Source of the DNA: Felis catus | Taxonomy: Eukaryota | Assembly (NCBI RefSeq): GCF_018350175.1 | Contig: NC_058368.1 | Coordinates: forward strand, 105,340,001-105,404,000 | DNA length: 64,000 bases | Reading direction: 5' to 3' | In this document: positions 11,201-23,343 of the stretch, in pieces | Layout: the number at the start of each line of letters is the position of its first letter | Position numbering within the stretch: the first letter of the stretch is position 1 | The notes under the pieces: model-generated | Seen by the model: the letters and a program-made list of their open reading frames with translations, nothing else | What the model was told of the DNA's origin: nothing | Databases searched by the model: none | Program-made: the position numbers and the translations under genes

Positions 11201-13064
11201 CTGTTTTTATTACTACCTGCAGTTTTCAAATTCATGACCTAATGCTGCCCAGGATGAATAGACCACCTCTTAGAGGATGGTTGGGTTTATTTTTTTAACC
11301 CAGAGCAGGAAATGCTCTTTCTGAGCTCGGTCCCTCTCCTGAAGCTGCTCTGGGCATCCTGCCAAGGATTGCTCACCAGGCCCCTATTGTTCTTTTTTGA
11401 TCTTTTCCAGTCCTTTTGCCTCATGCTCTCACTTCTTTTCTCATTTTTCTCTTTCAGGTTCCTCCTGCATGTTAGGTAATAGAAGCGACCTGCACAGAGA
11501 CCTGTGTTTCTCTTAGATGAAACAACTGGTGTTTGGAAACTTGAGTTCTTCCTGTGGATCCTTCCTGTGTGGCGCGCAAACCAGTGGGCCCCTCATGGGC
11601 CCAACACCAGGGAGTCCCAGTGGCAGCTTCTAAGCTCTGGTCCCCTACAGAGCAAGGTAAGCAAGATCCTGCTCAATTAGGCTCTGCTGTTTTCACTGAA
11701 AGAGTTTTGTCCTCACAGCACTTTCCAGAGAAGCTTTCTTTACCAAAGTTCCAAAGCGTAAGCTTCTTAGAAGTTTCTTGTCAGTTTTCACAGACGTTTC
11801 ACATGAGCCAGACTCAGAGACACATTCGTTATTCAGTTCTGTCTCTCAAGCTCTCTTTCTCTTGGAGTATCTGTTCTGCTTCTGAGTAACTAGTATGGTT
11901 AACTTTTTTTTTTTATGGTTAACTTTTAAATCCAGTTGAAATGTCCCAAAAATGAAACTTGCAGAGGCATGGTTCGGGTTGGTGGAATGCCAACAGCTAC
12001 GTGGGATGGTACCTGTTGCTGTCTTCTTCGCTGTTACTACTATAGAAGAAACCACACCGCATGAGTGGCTCTCCAGAAGGCACCCCCACACAACAGCACC
12101 TAGCCCAACCCTTTCATTTCCTGCTATTTCGGCAGACAACAGAGCAGCCAGGTTCAAATCTCGACGGCACCACTTGCTACCTGTGTGACTAAGGGGATGG
12201 TTCTTTTTACGTCTCCGAGCCTTTGTTTCTGGCTTAGTACCATGGCAAACAGTCTTATCTGGTCTTCCTCTCTGGGTTTTCCCTTGGAGTCAGAGGCCAT
12301 TTCCACCCAAACTGAGAAAGACAAAGCATTGCCACGCAACTAGCAAAGAATTAATGCCTGTTCCTTGACCCTCCCTTTATAAGATTTCCTATTTCCTGGT
12401 GCAGCTGCTGAAATTAGCGGTCCACTGACATGAATGGTTACTATTGACTCATTTCTCATCTTCCTGTGACATCCACAATACTTATTTTATATATTTATAC
12501 ATTTTTAATATTTTTACTTGCATGTTATATATATTTATATGTACCTGTGTATATGTTTACCTATACCTATCTATGTAGATATCTATAGACAAATGTAAAT
12601 AGAAAATACTTAACGTGGTGAAAACTTAGTAAATACTTGTTACTGGTAAACAGAACTTACTTAACGGAAATGTGACAGCACGTAAGTTTTTTAAAACTAA
12701 GACGAACACTCCTGGACCCACAAATGCATGATTTAGCAAAATACTCTGCAACATCAATATTGCACAGCAAATGATCAAATGACTTTAACAAAATGATTTA
12801 GTGTTGTGAACGGGGATGTTCCCTTGCCTATCAGGTTTTCCTATCAATACTGTTCAATGATGAACCAGAGAAGCCTGATACTCCCAGGTGAGGGAGAGTC
12901 AAGTTTGTCTTTCTGGTTTGTGACAGTTATCAGGTGTTTCCTTATGTCATGTGTCAAAGGCTATATTTATGCAGGCTCAGAAGTCTTTTGTTCCTAGAGT
13001 AAAGAATAGTACAACACAATCTCAGACATGAAATGATTTCAAAAAAACTCCAAGTATAGTAACT

Positions 13065-13178
13065 GATAATAGCAGCCCTTTCATATGGTCATGGTAAAGA
13101 TTAAATGACATCATATATATTACATACCTAGCACAAAGCCTAGTACATCATAAGCACTCTACAAACATTAGCTGCTAC
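13065..13178 (+). mobile_element. MIR fragment
   Basis: aagattaaatga...tagcacaaagcctagtacatcataagcactctacaaacattagctgcta resembles the MIR 3' half. Confidence 0.65.
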
Positions 13179-13334
13179 TCTTTCACCAAAGTGTAAGAGG
13201 GCATTTTGATCTCTCCCCGAGAGTGCCACTAAACTAAAAATATGCATGCGCCTTCGTTTATAAATACGTATTGATGGTGAGGGTCGGCTGTCTTTTATTA
13301 TTGTATTTTATTAATATTATCATGTTTTATTAAC

Positions 13335-13765
13335 ATCTATCCTGGGAGGGACCCCTAGATGCAGGGCCTGAGTCAGGGAATTGGGAGACTGTGATAAACC
13401 GAGTGAGTACTCTTCATGAGAAATATGCCAAGGGACGAAGAAAGTACGACAGGGAAAGGGTAAAAGCAGAGCAAAAATACGGTCTCAGGTCAAGTCTAGT
13501 CTTGCCTCTATAGGGAGGTTCTGAAGCTTACATCACACTACAGAGTATTTGCAGCGTGAGGTGAAGGGGTTGGCCTTTTGTGTTCCAATGTCCATCAGTC
13601 ATTTGCTGAGGACCACATCTCCTTCCCCTCCCATGAAAAATGGGGCATAATCGGTCGAAGGAGGCAGACCCTCAGCCGAAGGCAATTCTCCAGAAAAGGA
13701 GAGGCATCTGCAGGCCTTCAGCAGCAGAGGCACTGGTACCATGGCTGGGGAGAGCAGGTTGCATA
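13335..13765 (-). mobile_element. LTR16-like ERVL solo LTR
   Basis: Recalled blocks such as cagccgaaggcaattctccagaaaagg and ggccttttgtgttccaatgtccatcagtcatt. Confidence 0.65.
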
Positions 13766-13789
13766 CAAATGTTATTGTTTTTGCTTGCA

Positions 13790-14487
13790 AGAAGTTACTT
13801 TCCTCTCTGCGTCCGCGCTCCTTTCAATATGACTTTGCAGCTCTCCACCCTGTCTATCTGGACTGGCTTTCGGGCTTATTTTGACCAACAAAATATAGTG
13901 GAAGTGACACTGAGCTAGTTCTAATCCTAAGGCTGAGGAAGCCCGGTGAGCTTCCACAGGCTCTCTAGCAATGCTGATGCCACCTCGCGAAGAAGACTGT
14001 GAAGGCCCAAAGAATTAAAGACACTGCTCCAACCAACAGCCTGCCAGCCGGTCGCCAGTCACGTGAGGGAAGCAGCCAGCTCACAATCAACACTCAAGCT
14101 CAACAAAGACACCACAGCCAGCCCAGCTAAGATCAGCTGAGCTTAGACACGTCAGCAGAAGTGCCCCGTGGAAACGGTTAGGCTCCGGAGCAAGAGTAAA
14201 TGGTGGTTGTCCTAAGCCACAAACCTTGAGGGGTTTAAAAACTTTAAAAGCTTTAAAAACAACAATAGGGACACCTGGGTGGCTCAGTGTGTTAAGCATC
14301 TGACTCTTGATTTGGGCTCAGGTCATGATGTCTGAGTTTGTGAAATCAAGCCCCACATGGCACCTGCTTGGGCTTCTGTCCCTCCCTCTCTCTCCCTCTC
14401 TCTCCCCTCCCCTGCTTGTGCTCTCTCTCAAAATAAATAAATAAGCTTTAAAAAGTCATTTAAAAACAACAATAAATAACTGATACA
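13790..14487 (+). mobile_element. MLT1H-like MaLR solo LTR, interrupted by a SINE
   Basis: tgactttgcagctct...gaccaacaaaatatagtggaagtgac...taaatggtggttgtcctaagccac...aataactgataca terminus. Confidence 0.7.
14268..14458 (+). mobile_element. CanSINE in the MLT1 3' end
   Basis: 16-bp TSD TTTAAAAACAACAATA at 14252-14267 and 14459-14474. Confidence 0.95.
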
Positions 14488-14823
14488 CTCAATAGAGGGA
14501 AAAAGAACAGAAATATGAACTTAATTGAACATCTTAAAATAATTCCTATAGTCATGCTTGAAATTGTTTTTCTCAGGGGAGATTTTTAAGGAATAATTGG
14601 TTCTATGATTCTTTAGAATAATATAAAAACCTAATCTGTCATAATCAGACACATTGCTCTCAATAAATATTGAATTCAACCCCTACAGTCTAGTTTAATT
14701 TCCATCTAGCCTAAAGAATACTTATCTGGACTTGAAATCAGTTTTTGTCTAAGGGCCCTGGTCTCATCTTGGTCATTAAAGAAATCAACATGAGGAGGAC
14801 TCAAGCAAAGAATTTCAGTGTTT

Positions 14824-15029
14824 GGGGTGCCTGGGTGGCTCAGTCAGTTAAGCATCTGACTTTGGCTCAGGTCATGATCTCGTACTTCACAAGATTGAGC
14901 CCTGTGTCAGGCTCTGTGCTGACAGCTCAGAGACTGGAGCCTGCTTTGAAGTCTTTGACTTCCTCTCTCTCTGCCCCTCCCCTGCTCTGTCTCAATCAAA
15001 AATGAATAAACATTAAAAAATGTTTTTAA
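14824..15029 (+). mobile_element. CanSINE
   Basis: TSD AAAGAATTTCA at 14807-14817 and 15030-15040. Confidence 0.95.
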
Positions 15030-16339
15030 AAAGAATTTCAATTTGAGGACAGAATCCTCATTTTTGTCTAATTTAGGGAATAACTTGCCTGAATCAATTT
15101 CCTTATGTGCTAAATGATAATATTCCATGTCTATGGAGAAAATGTGTCAAAATGCTTGAATGACATATCATTGTGGAAGTCCAGACAAAGTGACAAGTGT
15201 TGCACAAGCAGAAGTGAAGTAAGGGGACATGATCTGTATAGCCTCCTCGGAAACTCTGGGATGAAAAGATAACCAGGAATCCTTGCTTTATAAAGGTCTT
15301 GAAACTTCCTGAGATAAATGTGACGTAGATTTTCAATGACATTTTCTGAGTTTGAGCCTTTGTAATCATATTCCTTAAATGGTGAAATAATGTAGGTCTC
15401 CAAATTCTCACCCTGAGGAGGAAGACATCTAAAATGTGCCTCAGAAGGGACTCTGAGTGATCAAGACCAGGGAAGAGATTCAGGAGCAAACCCAAAATAA
15501 TTCTGACATGACCTTGAGACATTTGTTATAAAGTCTTCTACAGAGGGAACAATAAAATGGAAAATCGTGGTTACATACTAAAGGCTTAAACAGAGTTGGC
15601 TTTCAGGTTCAAGACGGCTAACTAAATGCTAGGTTTACTCTCATTAAAAAAAAATCTCATTAAAATGACAGAAAAACATGTGTACATATAAAAAGAATAG
15701 TTCTTCGATTGATAGATTTGAAAGAGATACCATCATCTCTATTTTTGGAAGATCCCCACCCAGCACTTCAGACCAGGTTGAAAGTAAAACTTGAGAATTA
15801 AGGAAGTCACAGCCTCCTATGGAAGAAAAGGTCAAATACCGTGTGTTTTTCCTAACTGTGCCCCAAAATAATCCAAAGAGCAGTAACAGTGGGAACTAGG
15901 GGAAAGAGCAGGATGAAGGCAGTTGGTAAGGTGACTAATTAAGAATGACAAAACATTTACATCAGTATCCACCCACGTCCCTGTTGTCATGAAGGGAGTG
16001 GTTACTTCTTAGAGCTACAGACTCTTGACTGGTCTGCAGATTCAAGTTGAGGCATAGGAAATTCCAGAGTGGCAGAGACTGGAGAAGCAGAGCAATACTC
16101 CAGTCAGCCTGTGGTTACTGGAGGGACGGGGGCTCCTGGCACTAAGATCCCACACACGCTTCCCCACCATTCCACCAACACTGCTGGAGCTAGGCTCCTG
16201 TAATCAGAACCTGTTTCATTGCTACATAAGCAGTGATTTTCATTCTAGTTAGGACTCACTTTTACAGCTGGGAACAGACAGCCTGAATGTCTACATGTTT
16301 GAGGAAGACCAACAGAAAAGACATCAAACGTAATTTTTA

Positions 16340-17760
16340 AAAATAATAATAATCACAAAGTTCTGAACTCAACAAGTAGGAGAATGAACCTTGGGGAAAT
16401 GATGGAATTGCAGCAAATTAAACTATAATTATATATACACAGGAAATCAAACTGCAAAATAAACGTAATTAATTTCCTCAAATTGGTTGGAAGGGATATT
16501 ATGTTCAAAAGAATAGATTGAATTGAAAAAGCAATGATGGAGATCTCTGAAAATATGATCAAAATAGGATGGCCCAAATAGGAAAAGGTACATAGCTCAA
16601 GAGTCAAAAATCAGTGGTAGAGACAAGTAATTGCCCATCCATGTAGTGTGGAAAAAAATAGAGAGGTGGGTAACATGGGGGGAAACCTAAGGAACATGAA
16701 GAAGAAGAGATTTGGAAGAACAATCAACCATTTAGTAGGAATTCTAAATTTACAAACCAACTCAGAAGAGTGAGAATGGATGGGAAGAAACAATAAAAAT
16801 AACAAGAATAAAAATATACTTACCAAATCTTCAGAAGAAAAGCCCCAAATTAAAACAATGGCAAAACTTACCAGGCTCAACCTACTCAAATTTCAGCACC
16901 CAAAAATAAAGATATTATCTGGAAACACTTCAGAGAGACGTAAAGCATATCAGTAAGATGACAGAATCAGATTAATACTGAATTTATCTGAAAATAGGGT
17001 TGCAGGAAAACAAAGGAAGAATATCATCAGAATTCTGAAAGCCAACTGAACCTACAAGTCCATACCTAACCTAGGTCTCACAGAAAGGTAAGAACAAGGT
17101 ACATTTTTGGGAAGCACGCACTTGTATTCCTACTCACAGAAAAGGTACCATTGAACAAACTCTTTCTAAAACAGTATCTGAATATCACCATGAATGGGCA
17201 CAGGAGAAAGGTGTGGTAGAGAGAACAATATCCTTAACAGTAAGAGAAAATACATTCTTTTTAAATTTCACGGAATATTTTCAAAAATTGGTCATGTGTT
17301 AAGTTGACATACACACATATACTATTCAATACATTTCAAAATGGAGAATTTCAGGTGCATTTTTTAACCCTAACGCATAGCAAATGAACAACAAAAGAAG
17401 AGCAAAAAAGGAAAAAAAAAGTATCTTTCTATAAAAAATCCTGAGTAAAACCAAAGTAAAACTCAAAGGTATAAACAAGTCAGAGCTGAATGCCAATGAC
17501 CTGTAGGATGTGGCCAAAGCAACATGCACAAGAGAATCCAGAGCCTTGAAAATATTTATAACATTAAAACTGAAAATAAATTATCTAAGTATCATGTTTA
17601 GAAAATTATTAGAGGAAAAATACAAATAAATTAGGAATGTAAGAAGATAGTTATAAAATACAAAACTGCAAATTAGTAAATGAAGACTTGAGTAGTAAAA
17701 TAAATCACTGTTGTCTTTCTGAAAGGCCAATTAGTGAAAACTGCAGCAAATACAAAAATG
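16340..17760 (+). mobile_element. Highly diverged LINE-1 (ORF1-like followed by ORF2 endonuclease-region remnants)
   Basis: A-rich; tacattcttttt...ggaatattttcaaaaattggtcatgtgtta resembles YTFFS..HGTFSKIDH; acctgtaggatgtggccaaagca resembles NLWDAAKA. Confidence 0.65.
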
Positions 17761-17834
17761 AGTAACATGTCAACACCTCTGGAAAGACAGGCACCGATGA
17801 ATGACAAGAATCTTCATGCTGACCTAAGAGGTCT

Positions 17835-18580
17835 GACATGTATTTCGAAGGCAATGGGAGAGTCACTATAGGGATTTGTAAGGAGAGGAATGACTGGGTC
17901 AGATTTGCGGTTTGAGAGAAATCCCTCATACAGCAATGTGCAAAGAAGATAGGAAAATGAAAATGAAGTCAGAGATGGCAGCCAAGCAAGTTTTGTAGGA
18001 ACCTGAATAAAGCAATGACAATCGGGATAGAAAGTAGCAGGAGTCACAAAAGATTCAAGAATGAATAAAGTGCAGGCTTTGATGACTAATTGGAAGGTAG
18101 GTGTAAGGGAGACAGACGAGAAGCAGGTTTGCCGGTAAAAATGAGGATTTCATGTTTGGGCATGTTGGAATTGAGATACTCTTGAGTCATCCAGGCAGAG
18201 ATGGGCTGTTGAACATTGAGATACACAGCGTGGAGGAGGTCTCAGTTAGATAAACAAGTTTAGCGTATTCTGGGTGTAAGATTAACTGTGGTCCAAGATT
18301 CTATTTAATGCCCATTCTGAGCAGTCTGTAGTGTTTCAGGCTGAAGGCAAACGCTTGAACGGATGATGAGACCAAGTCAAGGTTGAGCAGGAATGGGTAT
18401 GAGGAGCGATCAGCCATGGGTGCCATGGGCACAGGATAAACGTGTGGTAGCAAGCAGGTTGTACACTCACTCACCGTGTTATAAATGGTAGTTGAAGTCA
18501 CGGGTGAAGATGAGAAGAAAATGGTGGTTAAGAAGACTCCAACGGATCACCAATAGTTAAGGAGGAATGAAAGAAGGCGT
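17835..18580 (-). mobile_element. L2 fossil, interrupted at about 18272-18470
   Basis: Purine-rich L2 reverse blocks (ggtcagatttgcggtttgagagaaatccctc; tttgggcatgttggaattgagatactcttgagtcatccagg; ataaatggtagttgaagtcacggg). Confidence 0.7.
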
Positions 18581-19254
18581 TCACATAGGTTAGCAAGTTT
18601 TAACAACCATTTTATGAAAGGGTTTTGAAGCATTTCATCCATCCTTATCACAAAGAGCCACAAGAGTTGCAGGAGGTGATCTGAAAGGTGCATTTATCAA
18701 CCGCCTTCACTACTTATACCTACGTCCACAAGAATTTGAGCTGGAAGAATTGTTAGTAACAGCACTGGGGTTAATTGTCCTCATTTTTATTAATGAAGAA
18801 CTCTTATCCATTGTCTTATGCCTTTTATCCAAGCCTTGTATATTTTAGACCCCATAACTATAGGCCTAAATGAATTTCCAGGACAAATGCTTCCTTTGGC
18901 TATCCTCAATATGCTTCATTGATTTTTTTTTTTCTCCATCCACTAAAGACAGAAATAGCCTACTATCCTTATTAAATTTAAATTAGGTTAAAAATGTATG
19001 TGCTAATGCTGAGTTCTTAGGGATGAGATGATCCAAATCAGAAGTGGGAGAAATCTTTCCTAAATATCCTAGAACATAAAGTAAAATTGATCATTATATT
19101 CCAGAATCTTAATAAGTTTCTCATGAATGAGGAAGTATTTTTATTGCATTATGCTGTCATGGGAAAGACTGTATACCAGAAGTTAGAGATCATGGATTTT
19201 ATTCTGTAGTGTATCAACAATTGCTCTGAGATTTTAAGTTCGTTACTTGGTTGT

Positions 19255-19356
19255 TGGGATAGCCAACTTCTCCCCATTGGCCTGAGACTTTCCCAGTTTT
19301 AGCATTTGAATGCATTGCAGCTGAGGGCAAATCATAATGGTTGGTTGGTCACCACA
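19255..19356 (+). mobile_element. MER81-like hAT-Blackjack MITE inside a MIR3-like fragment
   Basis: gagactttcccagttttagca...gggcaaa...ggttggtcacc matches recalled MER81. Confidence 0.6.
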
Positions 19357-19575
19357 ATAGTTGCTATCTCTGAACTTTAATTTCTTCACATAAAATGTAA
19401 TGACTAGAATCAATGACCTATAAAGTCTGTCAGGTCTAAAATGTCAAAAGACAGGTAAATTATACATGCCCAAAAAAAAGAAAAGAAAAAAAAAAAGGAG
19501 GCTGCTTGCATGATACAGTCTTCCCTGCAGCAAAAGAGCAATCTATTCAAATATACAGCCTCTGCCATAGAACAC

Positions 19576-19778
19576 TTTTTTTTAAAACTTTAATATTTTA
19601 TTTATTTTTGAGACAGAGTGTGAGCAGGGGAGGGGCAGAGAGAGAGGGGACAGAGGATCCAAAACAGGCTATGCACTGACAGCAGTGAGCCTGATGTGGG
19701 GCTCAAACTCACAAACCGTCAGATAATGAGTCAAGCCAAATTCAGACGCTCAACAGACTGAACCACACAGGCAACCCC
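19576..19778 (-). mobile_element. CanSINE
   Basis: Poly-T tail, ggggaggggcagagagagaggg body, degenerate head. Confidence 0.93.
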
Positions 19779-20429
19779 AATATCTAAGACATTTTTAAAT
19801 CACTGAGCATCAGTTCAACAAAATTACATAGATGGGTTATAGCTTCACTATCAAACAGAGCAGGGTTAACGTTATTCTAGAACCTGAAGCTTAGGAGAAA
19901 CTAGATGTAGAAGCAAGAGGCAATGCTTGGGCTGGGAGAGGGCACATTTTGAGACCAAGAGGCTTCCACTTGATGGTACTGGCCTGGCCAACATCAGATT
20001 TCTGTTCTTTCTTTCGGTGGTCATCAACAACAAAGGTCCTGAATAGAGATCAGCCTACAGTAAGAATGAAAGCAGGGCTTTGTGAAGCCATGAATACAGG
20101 ATGCAGTGACCTGGTTAGTACAGGGCTAGTCACATAAAAAGGAAGTTTTCTCTAGCTAAGACCAAGAGGTTGCTTATCTCTGCGACTGCCAGTATTGAGT
20201 CACTGCAAAAGATAGCAGGTCCAAAAGAGTGTATGCCCTTGTTTCCCTGCCCCCCTTCCCATGAACAACTGCTTTCAGACAATTCTGTTCTTCTGAGACA
20301 CAAGAAGTTTTCAGTTGGGCCATCTGAGTTTCACTAGTATCATCAATATGGGAGGATTTCACAGCAACCAAAGAAAACGGATTTGTTACTTTCCAATGAA
20401 GAGTTCACCAAATCTTCAAAAAGCTTTCC

Positions 20430-20651
20430 TTTTTCTATTTTGTTTTTTTTAATGCCTATTTATTTTTTGAGAGACAGAGACAGAGTGTGAGTGGGGGAGG
20501 GGCAGAGAGAGAGGAAGTCACAGACACTGAAGCAGCTCCAGTTTCTAGGCTATCAGCACAGAGCCTGATGTGGGGCTTGAACTCAGGAACTGTGAGATCA
20601 TGACCTGGGCCAAAGACAAACACTCAACAGACTGAGCCCCCAGGCACCCCC
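20430..20651 (-). mobile_element. CanSINE
   Basis: TSD AAAAAGCTTTC at 20418-20428 and 20654-20664. Confidence 0.93.
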
Positions 20652-20682
20652 TTAAAAAGCTTTCTATAGAATAGGCTCCCAT

Positions 20683-20895
20683 GGGGGGGATCAGTCAGTT
20701 GAGCATCTGACTTAGGCTCAGGTCATGACCTCTGGGTTCGTGGGTTTGAGCCCTGCATCGGGCTCTGTGCTGACAGCTCATAGCCTGGAGCCTCAGATTC
20801 TGTGTCTCCCTCTCTCTCTGCCACTCCCTCACTCACGCTGTCTCTCTCTCAGAAATAAATAAACATTTATTTAAAAAATAAAAAATTTTTTAAAA
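20683..20895 (+). mobile_element. CanSINE with altered 5' end
   Basis: tcagtcagttgagcatctgact...ggctcaggtcatga...gagcc, CT body, AATAAA tail. Confidence 0.92.
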
Positions 20896-21021
20896 GTTTT
20901 CTTTATTACAAAACAATAGTAAAATAAAACTAAATACCAGGCATTAGGATCCTATGGTTCATGCCTCAGGGACACTGACTTATTGAATCAGCTTAATAAC
21001 TGACAGTTGAGTCAAATATTC

Positions 21022-21222
21022 TTTTTTTTTTAATTTTTTAATGTTTGAGAGAGAGACAGAGCATGAGCGGGGGAGGGGCAGAGAGAGAGGAAGACCCAGA
21101 ATTCAAAGCAGGCTCCAGGCTCTGAGCTATTAGCACAGAGCCTGATGGGTGAACTCATGAACCGCGAGATCATGACCTGAGCAGAAGTCAGACGCTTAGC
21201 CGACTGAGCCACCCAAGCGCCT
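21022..21222 (-). mobile_element. CanSINE
   Basis: Poly-T, GA body, ...cgactgagccacccaagcgcc. Confidence 0.93.
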
Positions 21223-21629
21223 TGTGACTCAGATGTTCTTACATGAACACCTCCAGCTGCACAACAATAAATATAATGCCTTCTCAAGGCTCTCATTACG
21301 GTGAATGTACCCTTAAAATAATAGTCGAGATGGATTCAGAGATGCATCTAATTCTAGGAACAGATAAACAAAATTTAATAATAGGTTGCAGGAAATGAAG
21401 ATTTTAGTACACAGAAGACCAAAGAGCAATTTTTTGTCCACTGAGAATGCTACAGAAAGTGGGTTTAAGTTTATCATTTTCTCTTCTGCTTAAAAATAGC
21501 CTCCTACATCTCACACAACAAACTCCAAATCCCCTGGACTATTAATATTCAAGATCCACCACTGTTTATTTCACTTCAGATTTTCAATCTCATCTCCCAA
21601 TTTCTGATCTTGCTCTCTAGCTTTTCTGT

Positions 21630-21853
21630 TCTTTTTTTTTAAAAAAAAATTATTTATTTATTTATATTGAGAGAGAGAGTGAGAAAGAGTACAGCATAGG
21701 AAGGGCAAAGAGAGACGAAAACAGAGAATCCCAGGCAGGCTCCACAGTGTCAGCACAGAGCCTGATGCAGGGCTTGAAATCACGCACCCAAGATCATGAC
21801 CTGAGCCAAAATCAAGAGCCAGACACCCAACTGGCCGAGCCACCCAGGTGCTC
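21630..21853 (-). mobile_element. CanSINE in an L2-like remnant
   Basis: 17-bp TSD CTCTCTAGCTTTTCTGT at 21613-21629 and 21854-21870. Confidence 0.95.
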
Positions 21854-22038
21854 CTCTCTAGCTTTTCTGTGCCAGTCATCATTTCCCAAGTACTCATATG
21901 CCTTTCCCTCTCTGTGCCGTACTTGTGGAATGCCTTCCACCTGAACTGCAGTCCTCCAGTCTTCATCTCTTCACAAAAACTTTCTTGAACGCTCCAACCG
22001 TCACTGAGTTCTCTTGCTTTTAAATTTCTATAGCACAT

Positions 22039-22259
22039 GGGGTGCCTGGGTGGCGCAGTTGGTTGAGCGTCCGACTTCAGCCAGGTCATGATCTCGCTGT
22101 CCGTGAGTTCGAGACCCGCGTCAGGCTCTGTGCTGACAGCTCAGAGCCTGGAGCCTGTTTCAGATTCTGTGTCTCCCTCTCTCTCTGCCCCTCCCCCGTT
22201 CGTGCTCTGTCTCTCTCTGTCCCAAAAATAAATAAAAGTTGAAAAAAAAATTTTTTTTT
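22039..22259 (+). mobile_element. Young felid CanSINE
   Basis: Near-consensus; TSD AATTTCTA(t/c)AGCACAT at 22023-22038 and 22260-22275. Confidence 0.96.
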
Positions 22260-23343
22260 AATTTCTACAGCACATATATAAAAGCCAAAGTGAGGTACTT
22301 AACAACCTAATGGTCAGCTGTTTTTTCCATACACATGTGTTTTGCCTTCCCAACTAGATGCTTGCACTTTGAAGACTGAGATTTTCAGACTTTGCATGTC
22401 CCCTCACTATTAAATGGGAACAGTGCGATTTATTGCCTCCCTGGATTAAGTCCCAAGACCAAGTCCTTCCCTTGAGATGAGGAGACTTGTCCATTGGTCT
22501 GAAATAATCTAAAGAAAGAATAATTAAAGCTGGAAGCATAATAATCGACTCCAGAGGAGTAATAATAGGTAACAGATATCCAATAATACCAGACTCCAGA
22601 AAGATGCTAAAATTCTCAAATTAGACACAACTGACAAGCCACTTCTCCTAGGCCAAACATAAATTGGATGGAAAACGTGGGTTCATATAACAATAACCAT
22701 TGACTGAGGAATGGAAACATTTAGTCAAGGAATCTTCTGGGTTATTATCATGTCAAACACTGATTCAGAGGTTTATTAATTTTTTTGTAATGAATAAGCA
22801 TAGTCAGCTAGTATTAGAGGAAAATCAGATTGAGGCTCTCCTGCAACCAAGCCAGAGCTAAAGTAAGTTCAATTTCCTGCCTTCACTTTTATTCTTATCT
22901 TCACAGGGGACTATGTTTTGGCAGAATAATTAAGTGTATTTACTGTGAGATTGAGAGAAAATTAAAAGCAGCAAGCAGATGATGAAATTTGTTCAATGGA
23001 TGTTAGAAATCTGTACTTAAGACATGAATACATGAACAACGTTAAAGAGATGAGAAGTTTTTAAAGGAACCTTCTCAACCTTCCAGGAGGGCCTCATTAT
23101 GAACAAAGTTGTTTCACCTAGAGCCCCATAAAGATCCCATATGTCTTGCTTTCCCTCTTCTTCTCCCTCTATTTTTAGCATCTCATTTTCTACAAGACAT
23201 ACGGAGCTGTGCCGCTGAGCAAAAGGAAATTTAATATGCAAGCTCACTAGCACCAAATATAAAACAGAATTACCAGCGGGAAAGGATTGTTCAAAAGGGT
23301 AGGACCAGCAAGAGAGAACCACTTTCAGGAAGGCACACTTGGC

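Noticed and set aside
17860..17874. TCACTATAGGGA, resembling the phage T7 promoter core
   Set aside because: Only a 12-mer, lacks TAATACGAC and lies within an L2 fossil; not vector contamination.
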